Below, in pieces: positions 30,112-43,226 of a stretch of DNA of 64,000 nt. Origin of the DNA: Chrysomallon squamiferum (taxonomy: Eukaryota > Animalia > Mollusca); assembly GCA_012295275.1 (NCBI GenBank), contig CM022667.1, forward strand, positions 13,950,001-14,014,000. The letters run 5' to 3'. Both the position numbers and the translations under genes were made by a program. The notes below the pieces were generated by a model, which worked only from the letters and a program-made list of their open reading frames with translations, ran no database searches and was not told where the DNA came from. Every line of letters begins with the position of its first letter. The stretch's first letter is position 1.

Positions 30112-31250
30112 GATTATTATTAAAGATAGATGTGTTTGAGGCTTAGACACTGAAGTACACTATATACAGAACCATATTTATTTACCCTGCAATTTTCAGT
30201 GAACGTAATATTTTTTGTTTATTTATTTATTATCAAATTATTCATTTATTTTACATTATTTTATTTTTGGTCAAATATTCATTTGTTTCCCTAAGAACAT
30301 TGTCACGAAATTGTAACCTTTCTTATTATAATCGTTACTAAACATCAAAACATTTAATATAAATTGTTATTAGTTGGCATTTAACTAAAATATAACTGAA
30401 AATAAAGATTTCTATTTAATGCACAAAGCATTTTGTTTCGCTGCAGTTGTTTCTATGGTATTCAATTCATGAATCCTGTTAACAGCATCTTTGTGTATCT
30501 TTCTAAATATAGAAAAACATTACCAAAATTCACTGTAAATAAATAAAAATATAAAAGATAAAATAAATAGTAATAATAATTTTAAAAATTCTATGTAAAG
30601 AAGTAAGAAAATGTACAAAGTATAATTTTGAAGGCTTCAAACTCTGGCGATATTTTCTGTGTACGTGCTAACAGATAAGGTCATATTAAAAGGGAAATAT
30701 ACAGAGTTAGATTAGGATATTCACCCTTATTCCAACAGTTAAATGCATATATTACACATGACTTAAATCGATAACTCAGCATGCAAAGTCTGCTAACTTA
30801 GATTTTTATGATAACACCAGTGGCGTGCAAATGGGGGTATCAAAAGAAAGGGGGGGGGGACATCCGATCAGAGAAAAGAACTTAATAAATATGGTTGATT
30901 TATATTTAAATCGAATTGTTTATTTTATGTTTAATCTGTGTTTACATATTCAAAATATCTTCCTTTCTCATAACATTTCTCAGTACCAGGCCATATTCTT
31001 GAGTCTTTGGGGCATACAGTCAAGGAGTTGGCCCTGGATATCACCAGACCTCTGTAATACACTAGACAACACTGTAACGAATGCTGTTAAATAGCAACAT
31101 TAATTTATTTTTCAATACAGATAATAAGTTAATTATACTTCTTAATTATCAATTTGATTTTAATTTAATTATTATTCTTTTGTTTAAATTTATTAATGAT
31201 AGAAGTCTGAGAGGCTTAGACACAGGCGATTTGTTGAATATCTATTTTGT

Positions 31251-32255
31251 CTATTTGTCTAAAATGACGAGCGCGATCATTACTCCAATCCACATCGAGA
31301 ACACAGATCTGCGTGTCTGGTGCTCACCTGCAAAAGAAACATTAAATCAGTTAATATGTAGTGAATCATTTTAATGTTGACGCTTGTTCAGGATCAAGTA
31401 AAACTTAATATCAGCTTGCTATAGATAGGAAAGCCAGCACTACAGGCATGTCTAGAACAGACAACGGATATAAAGAGAAATATTAGACGTGTGATGTACC
31501 AGAATCACTGCAACCCAACGCAATCAAGGTGGTATTGGCGTTCAGTGTAACATGTTGAAACTGTCAAGAGACAGCAGTGTTTAATATACAATTACCATAA
31601 CTATGAGTATAAAAAACCAGTTTTAGGAAATTTCAAAGATGTTTTCAAATCTGTCGGAACATAATATCTGCTTTAGACGATTTTTTGTACTGTTGATCTT
31701 AAATATACAATTGCACATAAAAGCTTGCGGTCCATGTGAAAATTAATTTAAATAAACGGGATCCTTAATAATGAAAAGTTTGGGAACCAGATCTACGCCA
31801 TCGAATGTAACATTTCTAACCCAAGCGTTCGAGTTACGCAGAAAGGAAATCGAAAAGGATGTAACAAAATGACTTTTATAAATAACTTGGAGTCTGACAA
31901 TTTCTCGTTTTTACTGTCATGTCGTGCTTTATTATTATCATCATGGATTCGATTCTAGAAAGATAAGAACAATTATAAAGTAAACTTAATACATTTAGAT
32001 GACCTGTACGTACCTTTTTTAGTAAACTTTAAAACTGTCATTACATTAAAAACTAACTTTTCATACATAAAAATATATTTCAGTAAATATACATAAAACT
32101 TGCCTTTACTTGTCTGAGGATCAAGCCAGATTTCATCTCCACCTGAAATGTTTTTAGAAATTTAATACATGTATTAGCGCACACAGGCACACATACACAT
32201 ACACATACAATAATAATAGTATCATTAATCAAATTATTATTACTACTAGTACGTC

Positions 32256-32304
<49 letters not shown>

Positions 32305-33186
32305 ACACGTTCGACGTTAGTGTTTAACTTTCAAAAATGATTATGTATAGAGTTAAACGTACCGCAGTTCTCTTTTAGTACCTTTTTCAGTCTTTCTATG
32401 TTACCAGTCAGGTCAGTGTTTTGAAGACAGTCTGTGTTTATTGTACAACTCATCATTTTCTGGGCTATGCTGAAGTGTAGTAAATTTATTATTATTAAAT
32501 ATATGACAAAAACATCGAGTTAAAGTGATGATATTAATTTTGTAAAATTGCGAATGAAATTACGAAAATACATATATAAACAAAATATATTCATTTATGT
32601 AGACCTATATAGAAAATATATATATGTAAAAACAATATTAATAAATAAATAGATTTTATATAAAAAAACACGAAACAAAACAAAACAAAAACAAACAAGC
32701 AAATAAATGAATGAATGAATAAATCCACTATAGATTATTTTCGTTCGAACGTACAGACATTTCTCAGATCTTGTCAGATCCTTTGTATCCATTTTCTGCT
32801 CATATTTATCGTCGCATTTTCCGATTTCTGTTATGTTACATTCACAAAAAGCCAAGTGTATTGTTACTGAAATAAATTAAGAACTGTAGTTTTGCAAAAC
32901 TTTCATTAGAATTGTGTATGTATGTATGTATGTATGTATGTATGTATGTATGTATGTATGTATGTATATCCGTAGGTATATTACACAGTTATCAAAGAAG
33001 TATATTGTTATGAAATTGTAATTTTGTTTTTATTATAATCGTTACTAAACGTGAAAACATTTAATATAAATTATTATTAATTAACACTTAACTAAAATAT
33101 AACAGAAAATAAAGTTTTACATTTAATGTAGAAAACATTTTGTTTGACTACAGTTATTGCTTCAGTATTTATCTTCTTTTATTACA

Positions 33187-33234
<48 letters not shown>

Positions 33235-33521
33235 GTACAAACGTACCTATACACAACAGATTTCGTAAAGACTATACTTTTGTGGATATATATCTAAAAA
33301 CACATTGCGTTGTCTTTCTTGTTTTAAATACACATATATACACAGATACACCTGTATACACGTACACACAACAAATTTCGTAAAGTAAAAACATCTACTG
33401 TGTTTTGGGGTTTTGGGGGTGGTTTTTAAAGTATGTATGTGTGTGTGTTCGAGAGAGATTTGAATATAACATACAATTAAATTTTACCTGACAAAATGCA
33501 GAGAGTTAACAGCAACTTCAT
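31251..33521 (-). CDS. Member F: 122-aa six-Cys protein (GC-AG intron 4)
   Basis: Exons 33521-33488, 32866-32755, 32469-32363, 32142-32104, 31327-31251: MKLLLTLCILSVTIHLAFCECNITEIGKCDDKYEQKMDTKDLTRSEKCLIAQKMMSCTINTDCLQNTDLTGNIERLKKVLKENCGGDEIWLDPQTSKGEHQTRRSVFSMWIGVMIALVILDK*. Confidence 0.88.
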
Positions 33522-33822
33522 CTTTCTGTATACCTGGACAATATTTTTTAGTAAATGTGAGTTGGACAAACGACTTACTGAATGTTAATAATTTTTTAAT
33601 GTTCCAAATAACGTGAAATAATTCGAAAATAATAATCTTACAGTTTAGACCTGTGCTTTGTCAGCTGAGGTTTTGCTTTTTCTTTTCTGCTGTTTATTAT
33701 TATTTTGTTTTTAACTAGAATTAGTTCGAAAAGATAAAAACACAGACGAAAAAATGAATGTTTCTTCTCTTTCGTATTAGTAAAATAATAGGTTAAAATT
33801 TGTTTTTAGATGTAAGAAAAGT

Positions 33823-33889
<67 letters not shown>

Positions 33890-34375
33890 CTAGTTTCTTT
33901 ACCGTTAATGACGTCCTGTACTAAATTACGTCATTTCCTATCTTAGTTACACTGTCATGAAATTTAACTTTTCCGATTATAATCGTTACTAAACATGAAA
34001 ACATTCAATATAAATTATTATTAATTAGCACTTAATTAAAATATAACTGTAAATAAATATTTACATTTAATATACAAAACATTTTGACTGCAGTTATTGC
34101 TACAGTTTTTATCTTTTGTTATTACAAATGTAATAAATACACACAACATATTTCGTAAAGAATATACTGTTGTAGGTATGTATAAACACACTGAGTTCTG
34201 TACTGCTGTTTAAAATACACACACATACACGTATATATACGTACACACCACAGATTTAGTAAAATGTATAAAACACTGTCTGATTCGGGGTTTTTCGGCT
34301 TTTCTTCTTCTTTTTTTCAAATATGTATGTGTGAGTGAGAAAGAGATTTGAATATAATACACAATTAAATTTTAC

Positions 34376-34409
34376 CTGACAAAATGCAGAGAACGAATAA
34401 CAATTTCAT
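34376..34409 (-). pseudogene. Orphan signal-peptide exon upstream of F
   Basis: Copy of 29107-29140 within the 5.2 kb unit. Confidence 0.7.
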
Positions 34410-34628
34410 ATTACTCTTTATATAATAGGACAAATATTTGTTAATAAACATGAGTTCGATAAACGACTCGTTGAATGCCAATACTTTTTTGTAGCGTTCA
34501 AAACAATGTGTAGTAATTTGAAAATACTAATCTTGCAGTTTAGACCTATGCTTTCTCAGCAGATGTTTTGCTGCTTCTATTATTATGATTATTATTACTA
34601 TTACTATTACTATTATTATTACTATTAC

Positions 34629-34671
<43 letters not shown>

Positions 34672-34777
34672 CGAAAAGATCCAAAACAATTATTGAATGT
34701 TTCTTCTCAAGCATCAAAATTATCATAAAATAATTATTTGCTTTAAATTTATACCTAATTTACCCCTCAAAAAAAAG

Positions 34778-34830
<53 letters not shown>

Positions 34831-35329
34831 TATATATATATCAAAAAAAAAAAAATACTAAGGAGAAAAAAAAGAAAATCTTGTTTTCTATCACAGACAT
34901 GGTGTGCCTGTTTCTGCATAGACCGTTAAACCTCCAGTAAGTAAAATTATATTGGTTTTGTTTAGCTTTGCACGAGATTAATTAATAGTAAAGACTATGC
35001 CATATATTTAACATATTTGTCATTAAAAAGTCCCCATGAAACATGTCCCATATTTTTGGTTAAGGAGAACAATTAGCTGAATTTGCGAATACAGGTTAAG
35101 TACATTCTGTCACCAGTTTTAAGATGTTACGGACACACACGGATAAACAGATACACCAACACATAAATACTCACACACATTACGAAACGAAAGAAAAACT
35201 TGAAAATACATTATAAGAAATGCTGATATTTGGAACATTAATTTATTTTTAAACAGGATATATCTCCAAATTCATAACAATGTAGAATAAATTATTTACT
35301 CATGTTTATTATTATTATTATTATTATAC

Positions 35330-35372
<43 letters not shown>

Positions 35373-36498
35373 GTTGAAGATAGATGTGTTTGAGGCTTAG
35401 ACACTGAAGTACACTATATACAGAACCATATTTTTTTACCCTTCATTTCTCAGTGAACGTAATAATTTTTGTTTATTTATTTATTATCAAATTATTCATT
35501 TATTTTATTTTATTTTATTTTTGGTCAAATATTCATTTGTTTCCCTAAGAACATTGTCATGAAATTGTAACCTTTCTTATTATAATCGTTACTAAACATC
35601 AAAACATTTAATATAAATTGTTATTAGTTGGCACTTAACTAAAATATAACTGAAAATAAAGATTTCTGTTTAATGCACAAAACATTTTGTTTGGCTGCAG
35701 TTGTTTCTATGGTATTCAGTTAATGAATCCTGTTAACAGCATCTTTGTGTATCTTTCTAAATATAGAAAAACATTACCAAAATTCACTGTAAATAAATAA
35801 AAATATAAAAGATAAAATGAATAGTAATAATAATTTTAAAAATTCTATATAATGAAGTAAGAAAATGTACAAAGTATAATTTTGAAGGCTTCAAACTCTG
35901 GCGATATTTTCTGTGTACGTGCTAACAGATAAGGTCATATTAAAAGGGAAATATACAGAGTTAGATTAGGATATTCACCTTATTCCAACAGTTAAATGCA
36001 TATATTACACATGACTTAAATCGATAACTCAGCATGCAAAGTCTGCTAACTTAGATTTTTATGATAACACCAGTGGCGTGCAAATGGGGGTATCAAAAGA
36101 AAGGGGGGCATCCGATCAGAGAAAAGAACTTAATAAATATGGTTGATTTATATTTAAATCGAATTGTTTATTTTATGTTTAATCTGTGTTTACATATTCA
36201 AAATATCTTCCTTTCTCATAACATTTCTCAGTACCAGGCCATATTCTTGAGTCTTTGGGGCATACAGCCAAGGAGTTGGCCCTGGATATTACCAGACCTC
36301 TGTAATACACTAGACAACACTGTAACGAATGCTGTTAAATAGCAACATTAATTTATTTTTCAATACAGATAATAAGTTAATTATACTTCTTAATTATCAA
36401 TTTGATTTTAATTTAATTATTATTCTTTTGTTTAAATTTATTAATGATAGAAGTCTGAGAGGCTTAGACACAGACGATCTGTTGAATGTCTATTTTGT

Positions 36499-38764
36499 CT
36501 ATTTGTCTAAAATGACGAGCGCGATCATTACTCCAATCCACATCGAGAACACAGATCTGCGTGTCTGGTGCTCACCTGCAAAACAAACATTAAATCAGTT
36601 AATATGTAGTGAATCATTTTAATGTTGACGCTTGTTCAGGATCAAGTAAAACTTAATATCAGCTTGCTATAGATAGGAAAGCCAGCACTACAGGCATGTC
36701 TAGAACGGACAACGGATGTAAAGAGAAATATTAGACGTGTGATGTACCAGAATCACTGCAACCCAACGCAATCAAGGTGGTATTGGCGTTCAGTGTAACA
36801 TGTTGAAACTGTCAAGAGACAGCAGTGTTTAATATACAATTACCATAACTATGAGGATAACAAAACCAGTTTTAGGAAATTTCAAACATGTTTTCAAATC
36901 TGTCGGAACATAATATCTGCTTTAGACGATTTTTTGTACTGTTGATCTTAAATATACAATTACACATAAAAGCTTGCAGTCCATGTGGAAATTAATTTAA
37001 ATAAACGGGATCCTTAATAAAGAAAAGTTTGGGAACCAGATCTACGCCATCGAATGTAACATTTATAACCCAACCGTTCGAGTTACGCAGAAGGGAAATC
37101 GAAAAGGATGTAACACAATGACTTTTATAAATAACTTGGAGTCTGACAATTTCTCGTTTTTACTGTCATGTCCTGCTTTATTATTATCATTATGGATTCC
37201 ATTCTAGAAAGATAAGAACAATTATAAAGTAAACTTAATACATTTAATGTACTTTTTGGTAAACTTTAAAACTGTCATTACATTAAAAACTAACTTTTCA
37301 TACATAAAAATTATATTTCAGTAAATATACATAAAACTTGCCTTTACTTGTCTGAGGATCAAGCCAGATTTCATCTCCACCTGAAATGTTTTTAGAAATT
37401 TAATACATGTATTAGCGCACACAGGCACACATACACATACACATACAATAATAATAGTATCATTAATCAAATTATTATTACTACTAGTACGTCTACTATT
37501 ATTATTATTATTATTATTATTAATACACGTTCGACGCTAGTGTTTAACATTCAAAAATTATTATGTATAGAGTTAAACGTACCGCAGTTCTCTTTTAGTA
37601 CCTTTTTCAGTCTTTCTATGTTACCAGTCAGGTCAGTGTTTTGAAGACAGTCTGTGTTTATTGCACAACTCATCATTTTCTGGGCTATGCTGAAGTGTAG
37701 TAAATTTATTATTATTAAATATATGACAAAAACATCGAGTTAAAGTGATGATATTAATTTTGTAAAATTGCGAATGAAATTACGAAAATACATATATAAA
37801 CAAAATATATTCATTTATGTAGACCTATATAGAAAATATATATATAAAAAAACAATATTAATAAATAAATAGATTTTTATAAAAAAAACACGAAACAAAA
37901 CAAAACAAAAACAAACAAGCATATAAATGAATGAATGAATAAATCCACTATAGATTATTTTCGTTCGAACGTACAGACATTTCTCAGATCTTGTCAGATC
38001 CTTTGTATTCATTTTCTGCTCATATTTATCGTCGCATTTTCCGATTTCTGTTATGTTACATTCACAAAAAGCCAAGTGTATTGTTACTGAAATAAATTAA
38101 GAACTGTAGTTTTGCAAAACTTTCAAAAATTTCATTATGTAATGTATGTATGTATGTATGTATGTATGTATGTATGTGTGTATGTATCCGATTATTTTCG
38201 TTCGAACGGTTTTGTCAGATCCTTTGTATCCATTTACACATTTAGGTATATTACACAGTTATCAACGAAGTATATTGTTATGAAATTGTAATTTTGTTTT
38301 TATTATAATCGTTACTAAACGTGAAAACATTTAATATAAATTATTATTAATTAACACTTAACTAAAATATAACAGAAAATAAAGTTTTACATTTAATGTA
38401 GAAAACATTTTGTTTGACTACAGTTATTGCTTCAGTATTTATCTTCTTTTATTACAAATATTATATATATATATATAATGAGACACGTACCTATACACAA
38501 CAGATTTCGTAAAGACTATACTGTTGTGGATATATATCTAAAAACACATTGCGTTGTCTTTCTTGTTTTAAATACACATATATACACAGATACACCTGTA
38601 TACACGTACACACAACAAATTTCGTAAAGTAAAAACATCTACTGTGTTTTGGGGTTTTGGGGGTGTTTTTTTTAAGTATGTATGTGTGTGTTCGAGAGAG
38701 ATTTGAATATAACATACAATTAAATTTTACCTGACAAAATGCAGAGTGTTAACAGCAACTTCAT
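36499..38764 (-). CDS. Member G: 122-aa six-Cys protein, two residues different from F (GC-AG intron 4)
   Basis: Exons 38764-38731, 38086-37975, 37689-37583, 37380-37342, 36575-36499. Differs from F by D>N (MNTK) and T>A (SCAINT). Confidence 0.86.
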
Positions 38765-39065
38765 CTTTCTGTATACCTGGACAATATTTTTTAGTAAATG
38801 TGAGTTGGACAAACGACTTATTGAATGTTAATAATTTTTTAATGTTCCAAATAACGTGAAATAATTCGAAAATAATAATCTTGCAGTTTAGACCTGTGCT
38901 TTGTCAGCTGAGGTTTTGCTTTTTCTTTTCTGCTTTTTATTATTATTTTGTTTTGAACTAGAATTAGTTCGAAAAGATAAAAACACAGGCGAAAAAATTA
39001 ATATTTCTTCTCTTTCGTATTAGTAAAATAATAGGTTAAAATTTGTTTTTACATGTAAGAAAAGT

Positions 39066-39099
<34 letters not shown>

Positions 39100-39100
39100 C

Positions 39101-39132
<32 letters not shown>

Positions 39133-39619
39133 CTAGTTTCTTTACCGTTAATGACGTCCTGTACTAAATTACGTCATTTCCTATCTTAGTTACACTGTCA
39201 TGAAATTTAATTTTTCCGATTATAATCGTTACTAAACATGAAAACATTCAAAATAAATTATTATTAATTAGCACTTAATTAAAATATAACTGTAAATAAA
39301 TATTTACATTTAATATACAAAACATTTTGACTGCAGTTATTGCTACAGTTTTTATCTTTTGTTATTACAAATGTAATAAATACACACAACATATTTCGTA
39401 AAGAATATACTGTTGTAGGTATATATAAACACACTGAGTTCTGTACTGCTGTTTAAAATACACACACATACACCTATATATACGTACACACCACAGATTT
39501 AGTAAAATATATAAAACACTGTCTGATTCGGGTTTTTTCGGCTTTTCTTCTTCTTTTTTTTAAAATATGTATGTGTGAGTGAGAAAGAGATTTGAATATA
39601 ATACACAATTAAATTTTAC

Positions 39620-39653
39620 CTGACAAAATGCAGAGGACGAATAACAATTTCAT
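39620..39653 (-). pseudogene. Orphan signal-peptide exon upstream of G
   Basis: MKLLFVLCILS plus GT donor; copy of 29107-29140. Confidence 0.7.
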
Positions 39654-39842
39654 ATTACTCTTTATATAGTAGGAAAAATATTTGTTAATAAACATGAGTT
39701 CGATAAACGACTCGTTGAATGTCAGTACGTTTTTGTAGCGTTCCAAACAATGTGTAGTAATTTGAAAATACTAATCTTGCAGTTTAGACCTATGCTTTCT
39801 CAGCAGAGGTTTTGCTGCTTCTATTATTATTATTATTATTAC

Positions 39843-39887
<45 letters not shown>

Positions 39888-40538
39888 TGTTATTATTATA
39901 CGAAAAGATCCAAAACAATTATTGAATGTTTCTTCTCAAGCATAAAAATTATCATAAAATAATTATTTACTTTAATTTTATACCTAATTACCCATCAAAA
40001 GAAAAGAAACAAAAATTATTATTAAATATTGAAATAATAAAAAAAAAAAAATAAAAAAAAAAAAATATATATATATATATTTAAAATTAATAACAAGAAA
40101 AAGAATCAAATCTTGTTTTCTATCACAGACATGGTGTGCCTGTTTCTGCATAGACTGTTAAACCTCCAGTAAGTAAAACTTTAAATTAGTTTTGTTTAGC
40201 TTTGCACGAGATTTATTAATAGTAAAGACTATGCCATATATTTAACATATTTGTCATTAAAAAGTCCCCATGAAACATGTCCCATATTTTTGGTTAAGGA
40301 GAACAATTAGCTGAATTTGCGAATATAGGTTAAGTACATTCTGTCATCAGTTTTAAGATGTTTCGCACACCCACGGACAGATAGATACACCAACACATAA
40401 ATACTCACACACATTACGAAACGAAAGAAAAACTTGAAAATACATTATAACAAATGCTGATATTAGGAACATTAATTTATTTTTAAACAGGATATATCTC
40501 CAAATTCATAACATTGTAGAATAAATTATTTACTCATG

Positions 40539-40603
<65 letters not shown>

Positions 40604-40823
40604 GATTATTATTAAAGATAGATGTGTTTGAGGCTTAGACATTGAAGTACACTATATACAGAACCATATTTTTTTACCCTTCATTTCTCAGTCAACGTAA
40701 TATTTTTGTTTTATTTATTTATTATCAAATTATTCATTTATTTTTTTTTTTTTTTTTTTTTTTTTTAAATATGTATTTGTGAGTGAGAAAGAGATTTGAA
40801 TATAATACAAAATTAAATTTTAC

Positions 40824-40857
40824 CTGACAAAATGCAGAGAACGAATAACAATTTCAT
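40824..40857 (-). pseudogene. Second orphan signal-peptide exon upstream of G, from a local ~1.2 kb duplication
   Basis: About 40765-41320 repeats about 39560-40130, joined through a poly-T tract at 40741-40766. Confidence 0.7.
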
Positions 40858-41025
40858 ATTACTGTTTATATAGTAGGAAAAATATTTGTTAATAAACATG
40901 AGTTCGATAAACGACTCGTTGAATGCCAATACTTTTTTGTAGCGTTCCAAACAATGTGTAGTAATTTGAAAATACTAATCTTGCAGTTTAGACCTATGCT
41001 TTCTCAGCAGAGGTTTTGCTGCTTC

Positions 41026-41071
<46 letters not shown>

Positions 41072-41449
41072 GTTATTGTTATTATTATACGAAAAGATCC
41101 AAAACAATTATTGGATGTTTCTTCTCAAGCATAAAAATTATCATAAAATAATTATTTGCTTTAAATTTATACCTAATTAACCATCAAAAGAAAAGAAACA
41201 AAAAAAGTATTATTAAATATTAAAATAATAAAATAAAATAAAATAAAAACAATAAATATATATATATAGATATATAAAATTAATAACAAGAACAAGAATC
41301 AAATCTGGTTTTCTATCACACACATTACGAAACGAAAGAAAAATTTGAAAATACATTTTAACAAATGCTGATATTAGCAACATTAATTTATTTTTAAACA
41401 GGATATATCTCCAAATTCATAACAATGTAGAATAAATTATTTAATCATG

Positions 41450-41511
<62 letters not shown>

Positions 41512-42638
41512 AGATAAATGTGTTTGAGGCTTATACACTGAAGTACACGATATACATAGCCATATTTTTTACCCTTCATTTCTCAGTGAACGTAATATTT
41601 TTTGTTTATTTATTTATTATCAAATTATTCATTTATTTTATTTTATTTTATTTTATTTATTTTTTGTCAAAGATTCATTTGTTTCCCTAAGAACTTTGTC
41701 ATGAAATTGTAACCTTTCTTATTATAATCGTTACTAAACATTAAAACATTTAATATAAATTTTTATTAGTTGGCACTTAACTAAAATATAACTGAAAATA
41801 ATGATTTCTGTTTAATGCACAAAACATTTTGTTTGGCTGCAGTTGTTTCTATGGTATTCAGTTAATGAATCCTGTTAACAGCATCTTTGTGTATCTTTCT
41901 AAATATAGAAAAACATTACAAAAATTCTCTGTAAATAAATAAAAATATAAAAGATAAAATGAATAGTAATAATAATTTTAAAAATTCTATATAAAGAAGT
42001 AAGAAAATGTACAAAGTATAATTTTGAAGGCTTCAAACTCTGGCGATATTTTCTGTGTACGTCCTAACTGATAAGGACACAGTAAAAGGGAGATATACAG
42101 AGTTAGATTAGGATATTCACCCTTATTCCAACAGTTAAATGCATATATTACACATGACTTAAATCGATAATTCAGCATGCAAAGTCTGCTAACTTAGTTT
42201 TTTATGATAACACCAATTGGGTGCAAATGGGGTTATCGAACCCAAGCATCAAAAAAAAAAACGGGGTAGGGCATCCGAATAGAGAAAAGAACTTAATAAA
42301 TATGGTTGATTTATATTTAAATCGAATTGTTTATTTTATGTTTAATCTGTGTTTACATATTCAAAATATGTTCCTTTCTCATAACATTTATCAGTACCAG
42401 GCCCTATTCTTGAGTCTTTGGGGCATACAGCCACGGAGTTGGCCCTGGATATCACCAGACCTCAGTAATAATCTAGACAACACTGTAACGAATGCTGTTA
42501 AATAGCAACATTAATTTATTTTTCAATACATATAACAATACTTAATTATACTTCTTAATTATCAATTTGATTTTAATTTATTGATGATAGAAGTCTTTGA
42601 GGCTTATACACAGACGTTTTGTTGAATGTCTATTTTGT

Positions 42639-43179
42639 CTATTTGTCTAAAATGACGAGCGCGATCATTACTCCAATCCACATCGAGAACACAGATCTGC
42701 GTGTCTGGTGCTCACCTGCAAAACAAACATTAAATCAGTTAATATGTAGTGAATCATTTAAATGTTGACGCTTGTTCAGGATCAAGTAAAACTTAATATC
42801 AGTTTTCTATAGAAAGGAAAGCTTATATTTATAACTTGGAGTCTGACAATTTCTCGTTTTTTTCTGTCATGTCGTGCTTTATTATTATCATTATGGATTC
42901 GATTCTAGAAAGATAAGAACAATTATAAAGTAAACTTAATACATTTAGCTGACCTGTACGTACCTGTTTTGTTAAACTTTAAAACTGTCATTAGATTAAA
43001 AACTAACTTTTGATAGATAAAAATTACATTTCAGTAAATATACATAAAACTTGCCTTTACTTGACTGAGGATCAAGCGAGATTTCATCTCCAGCTGAAAT
43101 GTTTTTAGAAATTTATTATATGTACTAGCACGCACACACACATTCACATAGAATAATAAAACTACTAGTCCGTCTACTC

Positions 43180-43226
<47 letters not shown>

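Larger units (their letters stand above)
25000..42800. repeat. Recent tandem segmental duplication, ~5.2 kb unit (E, F, G and the 3' part of H)
   Basis: Homologous stop codons at 26049, 31251, 36499 and 42639. Introns and spacers are near-identical, and the same spurious ORFs recur in the ORF track. Boundaries are approximate. Confidence 0.9.

Noticed and set aside
30825-31374. Recurrent plus-strand ORFs (also 25633, 36061, 36329, 42221)
   Set aside because: They recur only because of the 5.2 kb duplication, are antisense to exon 5 or the 3' flank, and are broken by indels between copies.
31251-38764. Possibility that F and G are alleles assembled in tandem
   Set aside because: Not fully excluded, but E, F, G and H form a continuous graded array with distinct indels and shared junctions. 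Read depth would settle it.
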